Part shown: positions 25,330-37,600 of the stretch, piece by piece
Layout of the letters: every line of letters begins with the position of its first letter
Position numbering within the stretch: the first letter of the stretch is position 1
Assembly: GCA_009602735.1 (NCBI GenBank)
Contig: WELA01002181.1
Coordinates: forward strand, 62,733-119,006
Length of the DNA stretch: 56,274 bases
Direction: 5' to 3'
Origin: Mesotaenium endlicherianum
Taxonomy: Eukaryota
Program-made: the position numbers and the translations under genes
The notes under the pieces: model-generated
What the model was told of the DNA's origin: nothing
Database searches by the model: none
Seen by the model: only the letters and a program-made list of their open reading frames with translations

Positions 25330-28265
25330 ATGTTCGGAAGGTTGTTCGGAAAACCGAAAGATGAGATTAGCACGAGGGAGCAGCTTGACAAAATAGTTGA
25401 GGTATGAAGTTATATAGACACGCGCGCTTATTCTGTAGAGTTAAGATGTGATTCTCCTAGTGATTATTAACTTGTAGCCATATTATGCCGGCATGTGTAT
25501 AGTATGTGAACCGGTGAAGGCAATCGAGCAGGCACGAGTGGCATTTGGAGATTGATACACCTATCCAGATCCGACTTTTCAAGTTATTTTATTTCTCCCT
25601 TTTTCTGTGTGGGTATAGACTCGGGAGATGCTGGAGAAAAAGGAGAATGTTCTGCAGAAGAAAATTGCTCAGGAAGTAGAAAAAGCACGAGAATTTTCTC
25701 GCCTAAAAAATAAGAGAGGTGCGTGCCTTGTAATTCAATCCCTTCTTTCAACCCATGCTTAATCTATGAGCGTTATTGTTTGAACGGTGATACTAAGGAG
25801 AACGCGTTACAGAAAGTATCAGTCACTGCACTAGTGTCTTTCTTTGAATATGCAGACTGCATACTTTGGGGACGACAAAATGTGAGTGGGTCAGTTTGCG
25901 TTCACCCATGTAATTTATAAGGTCATGGCCATGTACGACATTCATTGGATATCTGGGCATGGCTGTTGCAGCTGCGATACAATGCTTGAAGAAAAAGAAA
26001 CTGTACGAGAGCCAAGTAGAAGCGCTGGTAAACTATCAGTTCAGGCTTCATGACCAGGTGGGCCCAATGAAACGAGATTCCACTCCTATCTCCAGTTTTA
26101 TCCTGGTGTTAAGTTAGTGTATACTTTTAGCCCGGCTTGCAAAGGACCGTGGATATCCTACGCCTTTGCAGTGATGTATAAGTCATTTGTTGATACTTTT
26201 CAGCACTTTGTGGTTTCCAAATATGTCTCTGGTCGTAGTTCTGGTTTTAGTCAACGTCTCCTGATCAAGTGCTGGGGTCCATTTGATATGAGGGTGGTTA
26301 CCGGATACCTCAGCGGCACCTCCCCCAGTTGCACCAGCGTAAAATCACTTGGGAGACCACCCCGTTTGCTCCTCCAACAACTCACATGGCCTTGTTCTGC
26401 TGCGCCGGGTGTACAGGAGGTGATGCTAGAGAGCGCAAATGCGACTGTAGAGGTGGTTGGAGTCATGAGAGACTCGTCGCAAGTCCTCAAGGGTGTACAG
26501 AAGAGAATGTAAGCCTGTCGGCCCGCGCTGCACCTGCATTTAAATAGCTCAAGCACGCCGGATGCCGTGCCAGTGACTCTTAGAGGGCCTCTCTCGTTCG
26601 GAACCGAGTTTGTGATAATGACTAGTTGCAATGTGATTGCGATGTGGGTTTTTGCATGCAACACTGGGAGGAGAGATTAAATGCATAACATGGAGGCTGA
26701 TTTGGTTTCATGGTGCTTGTGTTGAGAGGCGCAGGAATATTGACGATGTGGATAAGACAATGGACGACATCAATGAGCAGACAGAGAACATGAAGCAAAT
26801 ACAGGATGCTCTGTCGCAACCGGTCGGGGCAGCTGCTGACTTTGACGAGGTACGTCATCACGTCCTTCCCTTGCTCCTACAGCCTCCTATACGAATCTAT
26901 CGGTCTTCTCCGAGACACCCTTTGTGTATCTGGCCAGATCAAAACCACAATGCCTGCTTTTTGGTACTCCTTCAGCATAAGCTCTGAAAGCCTAAGAAGG
27001 CTCAGCAGATATCCTGGGGATAAAGATGAGTTCTGAGATTGTTTTTTGATGGATATACACAGTTGTTGCGTATCATTAGTACCCTTGTGAATGGGTGGCA
27101 GTCGGCGTCATGCATGCATAGCCCTACTTTGTCCATCCTCTTAACCCTTTTCCTTAGGCTTGTGTGAAAAAGAACAAGAAGTGGGGTCAAAAGGGCATTA
27201 CTCAAGACTGGATATCAAATACTGGGAGTTTTCTGGTTGCAATGCGCTTCTGTAGACTCAGTGGTCCATGTGTGCACGGGAATGAGGAAGATTTGTATCG
27301 AGCAAGTATGATCCAGGATCATGCTCGTTGTGGGGTGCTCATTGGAGAGGTCGGCATGGCTTTGGGACGGGGCCTTGGCTTTGACGCTTTGAGCTTCATC
27401 CTGCTCATGATCTGAAGCTGTGGGTCGCCATTGCGGTTCCGTCGGGGTTGTGGCCGGGTTAAGCACCAACTCAATACCTGGCTTACCGTGGAACACTTTT
27501 GCAAGTGCAACGGGAGGTGTTTATAAGATATGATGGAGTCTGAGCTCTACAGCCTCTGTGCGAGGATTCTGTCTGGCCATGTGCTAGGGCTGCATCTTTC
27601 AAACTTCAAACTTCCACCTTCAAACTTCGATTAAACTGGTTACGACTTGAAATATCTGCTCAAGAATACTAGCCAGTGGCCACTAGTGACTACATGCAAG
27701 CTTCTGTGTTTGCTTGTATTATCGCTCTGAGTCACGTGGTAACAGCAACACGAGTAGGAAAGTCTGACCCGTCAGAAAGGGCTTGACGAGGCGTCAGCTG
27801 TTGCTGCTTCGGTGGTGCACTAGTACTCGTGTTGCACTGTAGGGCCCCACTCGGTGCAGTGGTGACCTGCTGCTCTTTTCGTGGCCTGATGAGACCTTGT
27901 GCTGCACTGGACAGCTCTCGCTCCTGCAGGCACTCTGCGCCCCCCTTGCAGCAGCCCTTTGAGCATATTTTTGTGATGGCGTGTCATATGTGTAGCATGC
28001 CATGTCATGTGCCTGCTGACTGAACGTTCACTCTTCTTCCGATGCTTTGCAGGATGAGCTATTGGCAGAGCTGGAGGACCTGGAGGGGCTGGAGCTGGAC
28101 GAGCAGCTACTACAGCCAGCAGCTGCCGAGCCGCAGCACGAGAGGCTTCCCTCTGTCCCCACCACTGCTGTTCCCTCCTCGGCTGGCCCAGCCAGAGCCA
28201 AAGTGCCTCAGAGGGCTGACCCTGACGACGAGCTCGAAGCTCTGAAGGCCGAGATGGCTCTGTAA
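25330..28265 (+). CDS. SNF7: ESCRT-III subunit SNF7/VPS32 (CHMP4)
   Basis: Exons 25330-25401, 25619-25718, 25972-26057, 26417-26508, 26735-26849, 28053-28265(TAA). Motifs MFGRLFGKPK, EMLEKKE, KNKRAAIQCLKKKKLYE, NIDDVDKTMDDINEQ, FDE|DELLAELEDLE, ELEALKAEMAL. Confidence 0.95.
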
Positions 28266-29749
28266 ATATGATAGTGGGGCTTGTATGTAGAGTGAGAGAA
28301 GAAGGTTTTAGGTGAAAATGCTGTCAAGTTTGCCTTTCCCAGTGGGGATTGTTTGAGGCTCATGTAGGTAGCTTCATATGGTATATGACAGGCTTCTTCA
28401 GGTTTCGTAGAAATGATTCAAGCCGATGTGTTTATACATCAATTCCGAGTTGCTGATGACTATGTGTTCATCAACTAACTTCTTGTGACAAGGCACTGTT
28501 GTAGACCCAGTTCGGGCTCGTTCACTAATATGAAGAGAGCATGGTAAAATCTCAAGTGGGGGTTTGTGACTTCGGGTCTGGGCTCGTCAATCCTGTCCTG
28601 ACTTGAGGATGTATTCTGAAATATTCCAGAGCCAATCTGCTCTGCCTGCACTGTGTTTCGCCTTGAGATAATTTTTGAAAGGACGGGCTTTCTTACAAAC
28701 AGCATGTGGGTGGTAATAAGCAGTCCTATTCCAGGACGTGGTGTAAATCAAGTGCACCAAGATGCACTGATTGCGTTCGTGAGTAGATGCGCAGCTGGCT
28801 ACAAACATGTCACGTGCATTTTTTCAGGTAGGAATAGACGTGCGCAGTACCTACTCGGGAAAAATAGCAAGATGCTCATGCCACAAATGAGCAAAAAATG
28901 AGTAACGCTAGAGCACATCCATGCGACAACCGAGGTGAAGTGATGGATATAAGAGTTCGCTATAACCAAAAATGTAGACGGTGTTACATTGGCTGACGGC
29001 TTTGTACAATGTTCTCTTCGTATCCAACGTACACGTATTACAGTATCGGTGGTGAAAAAGCTAGGCCTAACTTTCAAATAGCACCGCTTTACACAAATGT
29101 CAGATAATCAATTCCTGCTTCACAAAACTAGCCTACTGCCAGGTTGCCCTGCATTGTATGATACATTTTTGTCGCCTGTTGCAGTTCATGAGCTTGGAAG
29201 TCCACTAAGAATGTTCCTGAGGTTCAGAACAAGAGCTGCCCTCCTTGCATTGCGCCTCACTCGATGGAAGCCCATACGTTTGTCAAACTGGCTGCATTTC
29301 ACATGAAGCAGCATAATTGGTCAGGAGGAAGCAGAGGGATTTCAAAGAGCTGCCCCGCAACAGGACTGGCCATGCAAAGAGCAGCCCAGGTCCAACAAAC
29401 AAAGCCAGTTGCACAGGCCACCAGCAAGAAGAGCACCCTGCGCAATGCACGCGCCTCATCGCGCCAGCGCAATTCGTCAACAACATCTATCGTGCAGACC
29501 AGATGCACCCAAAACAGGCAGCACGCCACACACCACCTGGTCAACCACGCAGTCTGCTCCCCCGTCCATGCAAGCCAGCGAATGACATGAAGAAGCAAAA
29601 GGTTAGGTGGTAGAATGGAAGAGATGGTCCCGGCCGTACCATGATGGAGCAGAACCCAAACCTTGGGTGCACTTGGCCATTAGCCGCCTGTCTGTAGGTG
29701 GGCATGCTACTCCCGGTGCCATTGACAAAAGCGGCACGCAGTACTGTCT

Positions 29750-32700
29750 CTACTGGCTGAGCGCGTGCACATCAGCCTCCGACATGAGGGTGCCGTTCTT
29801 CGTGCTCAGCTTGTCGTACGGCTGCGCCATCCGCCTCAGGAACTGCGGCAGCGGCAGCTCAACGGGTCAAATTCATCACGTCAGAACGAGCTCACTATTG
29901 AAAAAAGGCAATCACCCATCAAAGTCCGCAAGCTGACACCCAGTGGCATGAGTAGAGGCAGCTGCAACCCTAGATCAGCCTGCCCACCCCAACGCAAGCA
30001 AGAAGGGGGCGGGCTGCTAGTGCCCCCTCGCCCTCTTGTCCCTCCCCATCTGATGCCCTTGAGCACAATTGGGGTCATATGATGCCACGTGTCAGCAAGT
30101 GAAGAGTGGCACGGGTGTGCAAGGGCGTCAGTCATCCCATCGCCAAGCACAGCTCGGTATCTTCTGGTGCGAGTGCGTGGGCGGGGCGCTTGACGCGGGC
30201 AGAGCGGGAGGGAAGTCTCGCACCTCGCGAGCAATGTGCAGCGCCATGTCAGTGCTGAGGTTGAGGTGCGCGTCCTTGAGGAACGACAGGATCCACCCCG
30301 GCAGCTTCGACCGCTTGTCGTGCCGGTTGTACCTGCTCAATCTCACCCTCGCATCACGCACGCCCGCACGCCCGCACGCGCGCACCCTCAGATGACAGAG
30401 GTGGCAACGGCGAATCCAAAAGAACAAGCCGGAGTTGAACCAACACAGCGCGCAATTGCCGCCGGAGAGGCGGGGAAGGTGATGCATGCACACACACTCT
30501 ATCATCACCCAGGACACGTGGTGGCCGTGAAGAGTGCATGTGGCAGCAGACGTGGATACCATGTCAAGGTCGCCTCCGGAGTTCATTCAAGCGGGACTCA
30601 AGCGGCACACTTGCAGAGGACAGCAGCAGAGGAGTGCAGGGCTGCCCTCGCAGCGATGGTGGCCCGCCTGGCTTAAAAATGCACGCAGAAGGGAAGAGTG
30701 CTGGCTTCCCGGCTGCACGACCACATGGAGCTCCTCGCAGCCGCTGTCACCAGCTGGCGACAGCCGCTGTGCTGGAAGTCCCCACCAGCAGCACATGCTC
30801 TCCTTCCACACAGGCTCAGGCTCCACTTAACCATCGCCTCTCCTGGGCCTCATCCCGCTGCTGCTGCTGCCGCCGCAACAGCTACTGCTGCTGCTGTTCC
30901 TTGTGCTGGTCTGATATGCCACGATTGGGACTCAACGTTGCTCCTCTAAGATTGACAGGCGGTGAAGAGGGAGAAAAGCATTCAGGGAGGAAGGAGCAGG
31001 GGGGAGTGCGGGGCAGAGGAGTGGGGCGAGGCGTGGGCATGGCAGAGCGCGCACCTCTTGTCGGCGAAGATCATCATGCCGTAGTCGGACTTGGAGCGGA
31101 TGACGCGCCCCACACACTGCGCCGCCTGCCTCTGCTCTCCTCCCACCCATCTCCCCCAAAACACACATACACGCGTGCATCCACGTGGATGATGGAGCAC
31201 AGGGAAAGTGTGTGAGTTGTGTGGGTATGAAAGAGTGGGAGGGAGAGAAGAGGACAGGGACGAGGTTGCGACAAGCACCACGCCCGTGTGCAAGTTTCGC
31301 TCCCCAGGGTCAATGTAGAGGGAAGGGAGAACATGCCGCCTTGATTCTGACATCATAGCGATTGTCCCGGCCATGACTACCTCTTTGATAAGGGGAGGCA
31401 ATCTGTGAGCACACATGCACCACTGGGAGAAGGAAAGGCAGGAGCGGCAGCAGCGGCAGCGGCAGCAGTTTCGGGGGCAAAAGGAGGAAGTCGATTGTAG
31501 GAGGGAGGAGGGAGGAAGGAGGAGGGAGGGGAGGAGACAGACCACGGCGTCAAAGGTGAGGAAGTCGCCCTCCTTGATCTGGAAGGTGTCGCGCAAATAC
31601 TCCAGGCGCGCCCTCAGGATCCTGCTGAGGGTGTACTGGAAGGGCACGCCGTACATGATCACCAGCCGCCCATAGTGCCGGTCAAAGTCGATGCCCTCCG
31701 CCACCTTCCCCCTGCGACAGCCCCAGCTGCCATGGCCCATGAGGCGCCTTCTCTCCCCCAGCAGCTCGTGCCTTGCGCGCGGCGGCGCTTCACGCCAGCC
31801 AGGCACGCGTCTGGCAACTTGCAAGGGAGGCGCACCGTAGCAACATGCAGGACATAAGGGGGAGGGAAGAGGCTGGCCAGGGGGATGGGGGGGGGAGCGG
31901 GTGGGCAGAGAGGGGCGGGGAGAGCCAGAACGAGGTGGAGGAGGAGTGCTCAGGAGCCAGGGGGGGGCGGGGCGGGGCGGGCCGCCACCTTGCAACGGAG
32001 AGGAAGACGGCGCCGCGGCCGCAGTCGCAGGCGCGGCGGTAGTTGTCGAGCGCCAGCGTGGTCTCCACCACGTCTTGCGTCTCGATGAACAGCAGCTTGT
32101 GCCGCATCACGTCCTGCCGCCCCCCTCAGGTGCCCCCGCCCCATCCCCCTCCCCCCCGCGCATGCTCCCCACGGCCCCGATCAGCCCTAGTTGACCCAGC
32201 ACACGCAGCAACTGCAGCAACCGCAGCAGCCGTAGCAGCAGCAGAAGAAAAGAACGAGAAACAGGCAGGTTCCCTCAGTCGGTCTGTCGTTCGAGAGCAT
32301 TTTCCCCTACCTCATCCTGTCTTTCTTCCGCATGAAGGGAGAAGAGAGGCCGTGGTGTTTGCAACTGGGTTAATCTGCTGCAGAGCAGCAATCTCTTCCC
32401 CGTCCCCCTCCCCCCCTCTCTGCGTGCCACCCAGCACATTCAGATACGCATGAGACACGCGTCCGAGACACCTGGCAGGGAAGGCAAGGTATGCGCATGT
32501 GCATGTGCACGTGCACGTGCGCGTGAGACTGTGAATTGCCTTGCCCCCTCACTCTCCCATCCGTCAGCTCTCACAAGCGACGGTGCAACCAGGCCTCTCT
32601 GGGGCACGCCCTGACCTTGTAGTAAGACAGTGAGGTCATCCATTTACTGCTCTTCTGCACGCGCCCCTTAAGAGACATGAGCAGGGAGAGCATGGCGCCT

Positions 32701-35700
32701 TCTGGGTTCATGGGGAAAAGTAAACCACTGGCCAACAGCTTAAGGGGGGCGGAGGTGGGGGTTTTGAAGGGGGTGNNNNNNNNNNNNNNNNNNNNNNNNN
32801 NNNNNNNNNNNNNNNNNNNNNNNNNNNNNNNNNNNNNNNNNNNNNNNNNNNNNNNNNNNNNNNNNNNNNNNNNNNNNNNNNNNNNNNNNNNNNNNNNNNN
32901 NNNNNNNNNNNNNNNNNNNNNNNNNNNNNNNNNNNNNNNNNNNNNNNNNNNNNNNNNNNNNNNNNNNNNNNNNNNNNNNNNNNNNNNNNNNNNNNNNNNN
33001 NNNNNNNNNNNNNNNNNNNNNNNNNNNNNNNNNNNNNNNNNNNNNGGGTTTTGAAGGGGGTGGGGGGTGGGGGTGGGGAAGGGTTGAGGTTTGAGGGGGG
33101 GCACTAGCAAGCTGGCAAGACAGATGGCAGACCAACGCGCAGCAGTGCTATAGATGGACAGGCGGCGCGCGGCACAGCTGGGGCAGCACAAGTGGCGGAA
33201 CACGGCGAGCATGCGTGCGTGCATGCGTGCGCTCTACCTTGAGGATGCCCATCTCGTTCCAGCTGTTGACGATACCGTCCATGTACGAGTAGCTGACGAA
33301 GAAGCACACGATGCCATCTGGCACCGTGGCGGCCATGTCCGTCAGCAGCCGCCCGTAGTTGCGGACGACGCCGGGGTCCGAGCGCATGTCGAACTTGGTG
33401 CTCACCGCCAGCTGGTCGCTGCAGCACCAGCGGCAGCACCACCACCACCACCAGCAGCAGCAGCAGGAGGAGCAGCAGGAGCAGCAGGAGCACCACCCAC
33501 CATGAAGACGAAAGAATTTGTCAATAATATCACCAAAAGCCCAGTCACCCCCCCCCAAGTGCCCAAGAAGAATTACAGTACACCACCACTGACGAAGAAC
33601 AAGAAGCACAACGAGAGCGAGCCCTCAGCACAGCAAGCCTCACGAGGAGGAGAGACGCGATCCTCCCCACTGCTTTGCAGGCTGGTGCTGGGTGCCCTGC
33701 CTGGGGCTGGCTCGAAAAAACTGCCTTGTGAGGCAAGCCACCTGGCAGCTGCCTCTGGCACCAGCACGAGGAGGAGGCGTGCAGGGTGTGCCTCTCATCA
33801 CTCTTCCTCCCTCGCTCGCAAGCAATGGGGCCCCACATGAAGGCAGAGAGCAGCCAGGGCTGGTCACTTGCAGGGCGAGCATGGCACGGCACGGCAGCTA
33901 GAGGAGAAAGGCCGAAGATAAGAGGGCAACCAATGATGCCACACGTTGCGTGCATGATTGTGGCTTGCTCTGGGCCAAGCACCCCTCCGGCAGTTCTGAA
34001 GGCATTTACACGCTCGCACGTCCGCCCTCAGAGAGTTCCTGCTTGCCGGTGCTTCTTGATTAAGGAGCGCCGTCTGAAGAGACTGCGTATTCAACATGGG
34101 GAGCAGAGGAGGAGCAGAGCCCGAGAGATGAAGGAGGAGCGGCATAGACACCACCCGCGCTGCCATTGCCGTCGCCTTCAACCCCCCCTCCCCCCCCCCC
34201 CACAGGAGNNNNNNNNNNNNNNNNNNNNNNNNNNNNNNNNNNNNNNNNNNNNNNNNNNNNNNNNNNNNNNNNNNNNNNNNNNNNNNNNNNNNNNNNNNNN
34301 NNNNNNNNNNNNNNNNNNNNNNNNNNNNNNNNNNNNNNNNNNNNNNNNNNNNNNNNNNNNNNNNNNNNNNNNNNNNNNNNNNNNNNNNNNNNNNNNNNNN
34401 NNNNNNNNNNNNNNNNNNNNNNNNNNNNNNNNNNNNNNNNNNNNNNNNNNNNNNNNNNNNNNNNNNNNNNNNNNNNNNNNNNNNNNNNNNNNNNNNNNNN
34501 NNNNNNNNNNNNNNNNNNNNNNNNNNNNNGGGGGGGGGAAGGGAGGGGGGGGCTGTGTACCTGCCGCGGGTGAGCACCATGGGGCAGAGGCAGTCGCGCG
34601 CGAGCGACATGGCGAAGGAGCGGATGGTGACGGGGCTGAAATTGAGCAGGCGCGGGTACAGCTCGATGGGGCTCAGCGTGCCGCTGGTGATGACGACGCT
34701 CTGGAAGCGCTCGAACACGGGGCGCACCGCCAGCGAGGCGTCCAGGCAGCACAGCTGCAGCACGGGGTCGCGCACGTGCGGCATGCGCTCGTCAAACGGC
34801 TCGATGATGAGCGCAAAGCCGCGCTCGTACGTGCCCACCAGCGTCGCCAGGTCGCACACGCCCGCCAGCGGCGCGAGCTCCTCCGTGTCCGCCACCTCCA
34901 GCGTGAGCATGAGGGAGCCCAGGCGGTCGTAGCAGAAGCGCAGCGAGCGAGCGTCGATGGCGGTGGCGCCGGCGAGCGCCGCCAGGAACGCCGCAGGGCC
35001 CTCGGACTCGACCTGCGTGGTGGCCATGCGCGTGCGCAGGTACTGCACGAAGCGGCGCAGGAAGGCCACAAAGTGCTCCGCCTTGCGGATGTTGCCCGGC
35101 ACCGCCTCGCGCAGGATGTCGTCCGGCAGCGCCGGGTTCGCCAGCCACGAGTCCGTCGCTGCTCCTCTCCCCCCCACACCCCTCACCCGCACGAAAAGAG
35201 CGTGAGAATGGAACAGAGCGAGAGAGACAGGACGCCTACAGCGCTCGACTACACTGAGAGAGAGAGACAACGAGGGGAAGACATAGGCTCACAAGGAGCC
35301 CAGCAGCAGGCATGACAGGAGGCAAGGATACAGGACTAGGTGAGAGAGAGAGAGAGGGGGGGGGTGCAGAGAAAGACAGCGGCAGGGGAGAGAGAAGGGG
35401 CAGACCTGGGAGGTTGCCTCGCTGCGCCAAGCCCTCCACAAGGCGGTTGTACTCCTCCCTCAGCCGGCTGGCGTCTGTGGCCTTGAACCTGCTCCTCTTC
35501 CCCACCAACACAAACCGCGCGCACACGCCCGGATAGTCATACACCCTGATTGGGCACTGCAGACTTCCGATACAACTGTAAAGAAAGAGTCTGAGAGAGG
35601 GGGGGAGGGGGGGGAAGGGTGGGGTGGAAGGGTATAGGGAAGTTATCTTGGGCACGAGGAGGGTGGGGATGAGCAGCGAGGGAGGAAAGGGCAAGGGGGG

Positions 35701-36549
35701 CGGGAAGGGGGGGAGTGTACGCGCGCCGGGAGCTCACTTCTCGATGGTGGTGGAGAGCTTGGTGAGGTTGCGGGAGGCCCCGTCGAGCGTCTGCTGGCGG
35801 ATGTTGACGGAGAGCGCCTCGATGCACACGTTGTCGATGTTGTGCGCCTCGTCGAACACGACCACACACTCCTTCTCGACGTCGCGCGAGATGATGCCCG
35901 ACACCTTGGGGTCCAGCAGGTACTGGTAGTTGTACACCACCACGTTGGCAAACTGGATCATGTGGCGCGCCAAAAAGTAGGGGCACCAGCCTTTCTCCCG
36001 CCCGAACGCGCGCAGCTCGTGCAGCGTGTAGACACCTGGCGGCAGCAGGGCCTCCGGGCCCTTCTTCTCGTATTGCTCGTAGAAGGAGCACAGCTCGATG
36101 TTGGGGTTGTCGACGGCAGCCGCCCGCACCCAGCTGGCGGTGCGCTTGCGGCAGCCCGAGTCTACGCTCTCCCTGGAGCCCTCCCCGGAGACTCTGGGGT
36201 GGATGCAGAGGTTCTTGCGCGAGCTTAAACCCAGGGCCAGGATCTGAGCGTCCTTCCCCACCATCTTCTCCTGGTATGCCTGCAGCTGCCTCAGCTCTGT
36301 CAGGACCTTCTCCATCTCGTGCACTGTGCGCGTGCAGTATATGAGCTTTCCCATGTCCCTGTGGGCGAGCTGATAGCTGGTGATGAGGGAGAGGAGAGTG
36401 ATGGTCTTGCCCGTGCCGGTGGGCATTTCCAGCAGGCAGTGCCCCTTCGCGTCCAGGGCGCGCTTCAGCTCCGTCATGTACTGGTACTGCTCTGGGTAGA
36501 TGAATTCGTACGGAAAGTACACGGTCAAGCCTTCTAGATTGAACTTCAT
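29750..36549 (-). CDS. XPD: TFIIH DNA helicase XPD/ERCC2 (UVH6), ~748 aa
   Basis: Exons 36549-35738, 35488-35406, 35158-34561, 33418-33238, 32113-31989, 31711-31543, 31131-31055, 30332-30224, 29842-29750(TAG). Motifs MPTGTGKT, Fe-S cysteines (NLCIHP, WCPYF), [29 protein letters not shown]. Confidence 0.97.
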
Positions 36550-37600
36550 GGTTGCCTAGCTGCTGAAAGGAACACAGTCCTGGTGTGGTTTTCTTGACGC
36601 ACGCTAGGTTGTAAGAACGAAGCTCAGGTTGATCGGACACACGAACCAACTACACATTACGGGCTCGCCTTTCATGAGAATGCGCCGAGTAGGGCCTCCA
36701 AGTAATATGCTGAGTAGAGCAGCAGGCTTCTAACAACGTTTCCAGCTCACTCAGGTGAAGTATGTGTTGAACTAGTCATGCTGAGGTCTCTTCCTCAGGA
36801 ACCATCTTTCTGGCGCGTGGCATTTGCATGCACTCTATATATATGCAAGTAGCACATGATGTCCAGACTCCAGACGATCAGAAATTGTCTTCACGAAGTG
36901 AACAAATGCTTTCGACGTGCAGCGTACAGACCCCGTCGACGGGCGCTCTAACTGCACGAGCGCGAGCAACAGACGTAGGGCACACTCCCGTCAAAAAAAA
37001 TGGGAGAAAATGTGAGAAAAGTAGTCGCAGCAAGTACCTAGAAATGCTGAAAAATACACCTTAAATCTGGTTGCAAAGTGTCGGTGCACTTTCGTCACGG
37101 GCCGAAGGGCAAGACTGGACCACACTGGACAGGACGTAGCAAATGGCAGCAAAGCGAAGCAGAAAAGAAACTGGCAGGGCCTGCAGAGACCGAGTTGGAC
37201 CGAGGAGCGGAAGGATCAGCCATGGACTTGACTAGACTCGACAACTCTATCAAACAACTCGAGCTCTGGTTGGAAGCTAGGCATGAAAGTAACGCAGTGC
37301 CATGCAGCTTTTAGTTGCTTCCTGCCCCACTTGGTTATGAAGCCATAATATCGTCTGATCCGCCACTTCTAAACGCAAACATTCAGACTTCTAAGTATCC
37401 CAGGGTGTGATCTCGGTCGCTTCCGTATAAGAGCCACATCCACTTAGAACATCAAATCGGCGAATTCTTGGAGATTTCTTTCTCAGGATTGATTTTGTAC
37501 TTGCCGTTCATTTGAGGGTGCTTACCCCCTGATTACTCAGGGGCACTGGTGCTTGAAGCCCCCATATTTGTGCTAGTTTGCTCGCTGGGTGGTGATCTTG

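Noticed and set aside
26850..28052. Long SNF7 intron with short ORFs and a possible cryptic exon near 27259-27306
   Set aside because: No homology or structure recognisable; the splice-like signals are too common to support a call.
32757..33075. Same gggttttgaagggggtg sequence on both sides of a gap
   Set aside because: Most likely unmerged contig ends or a short G-rich repeat; XPD coding sequence is complete without it.
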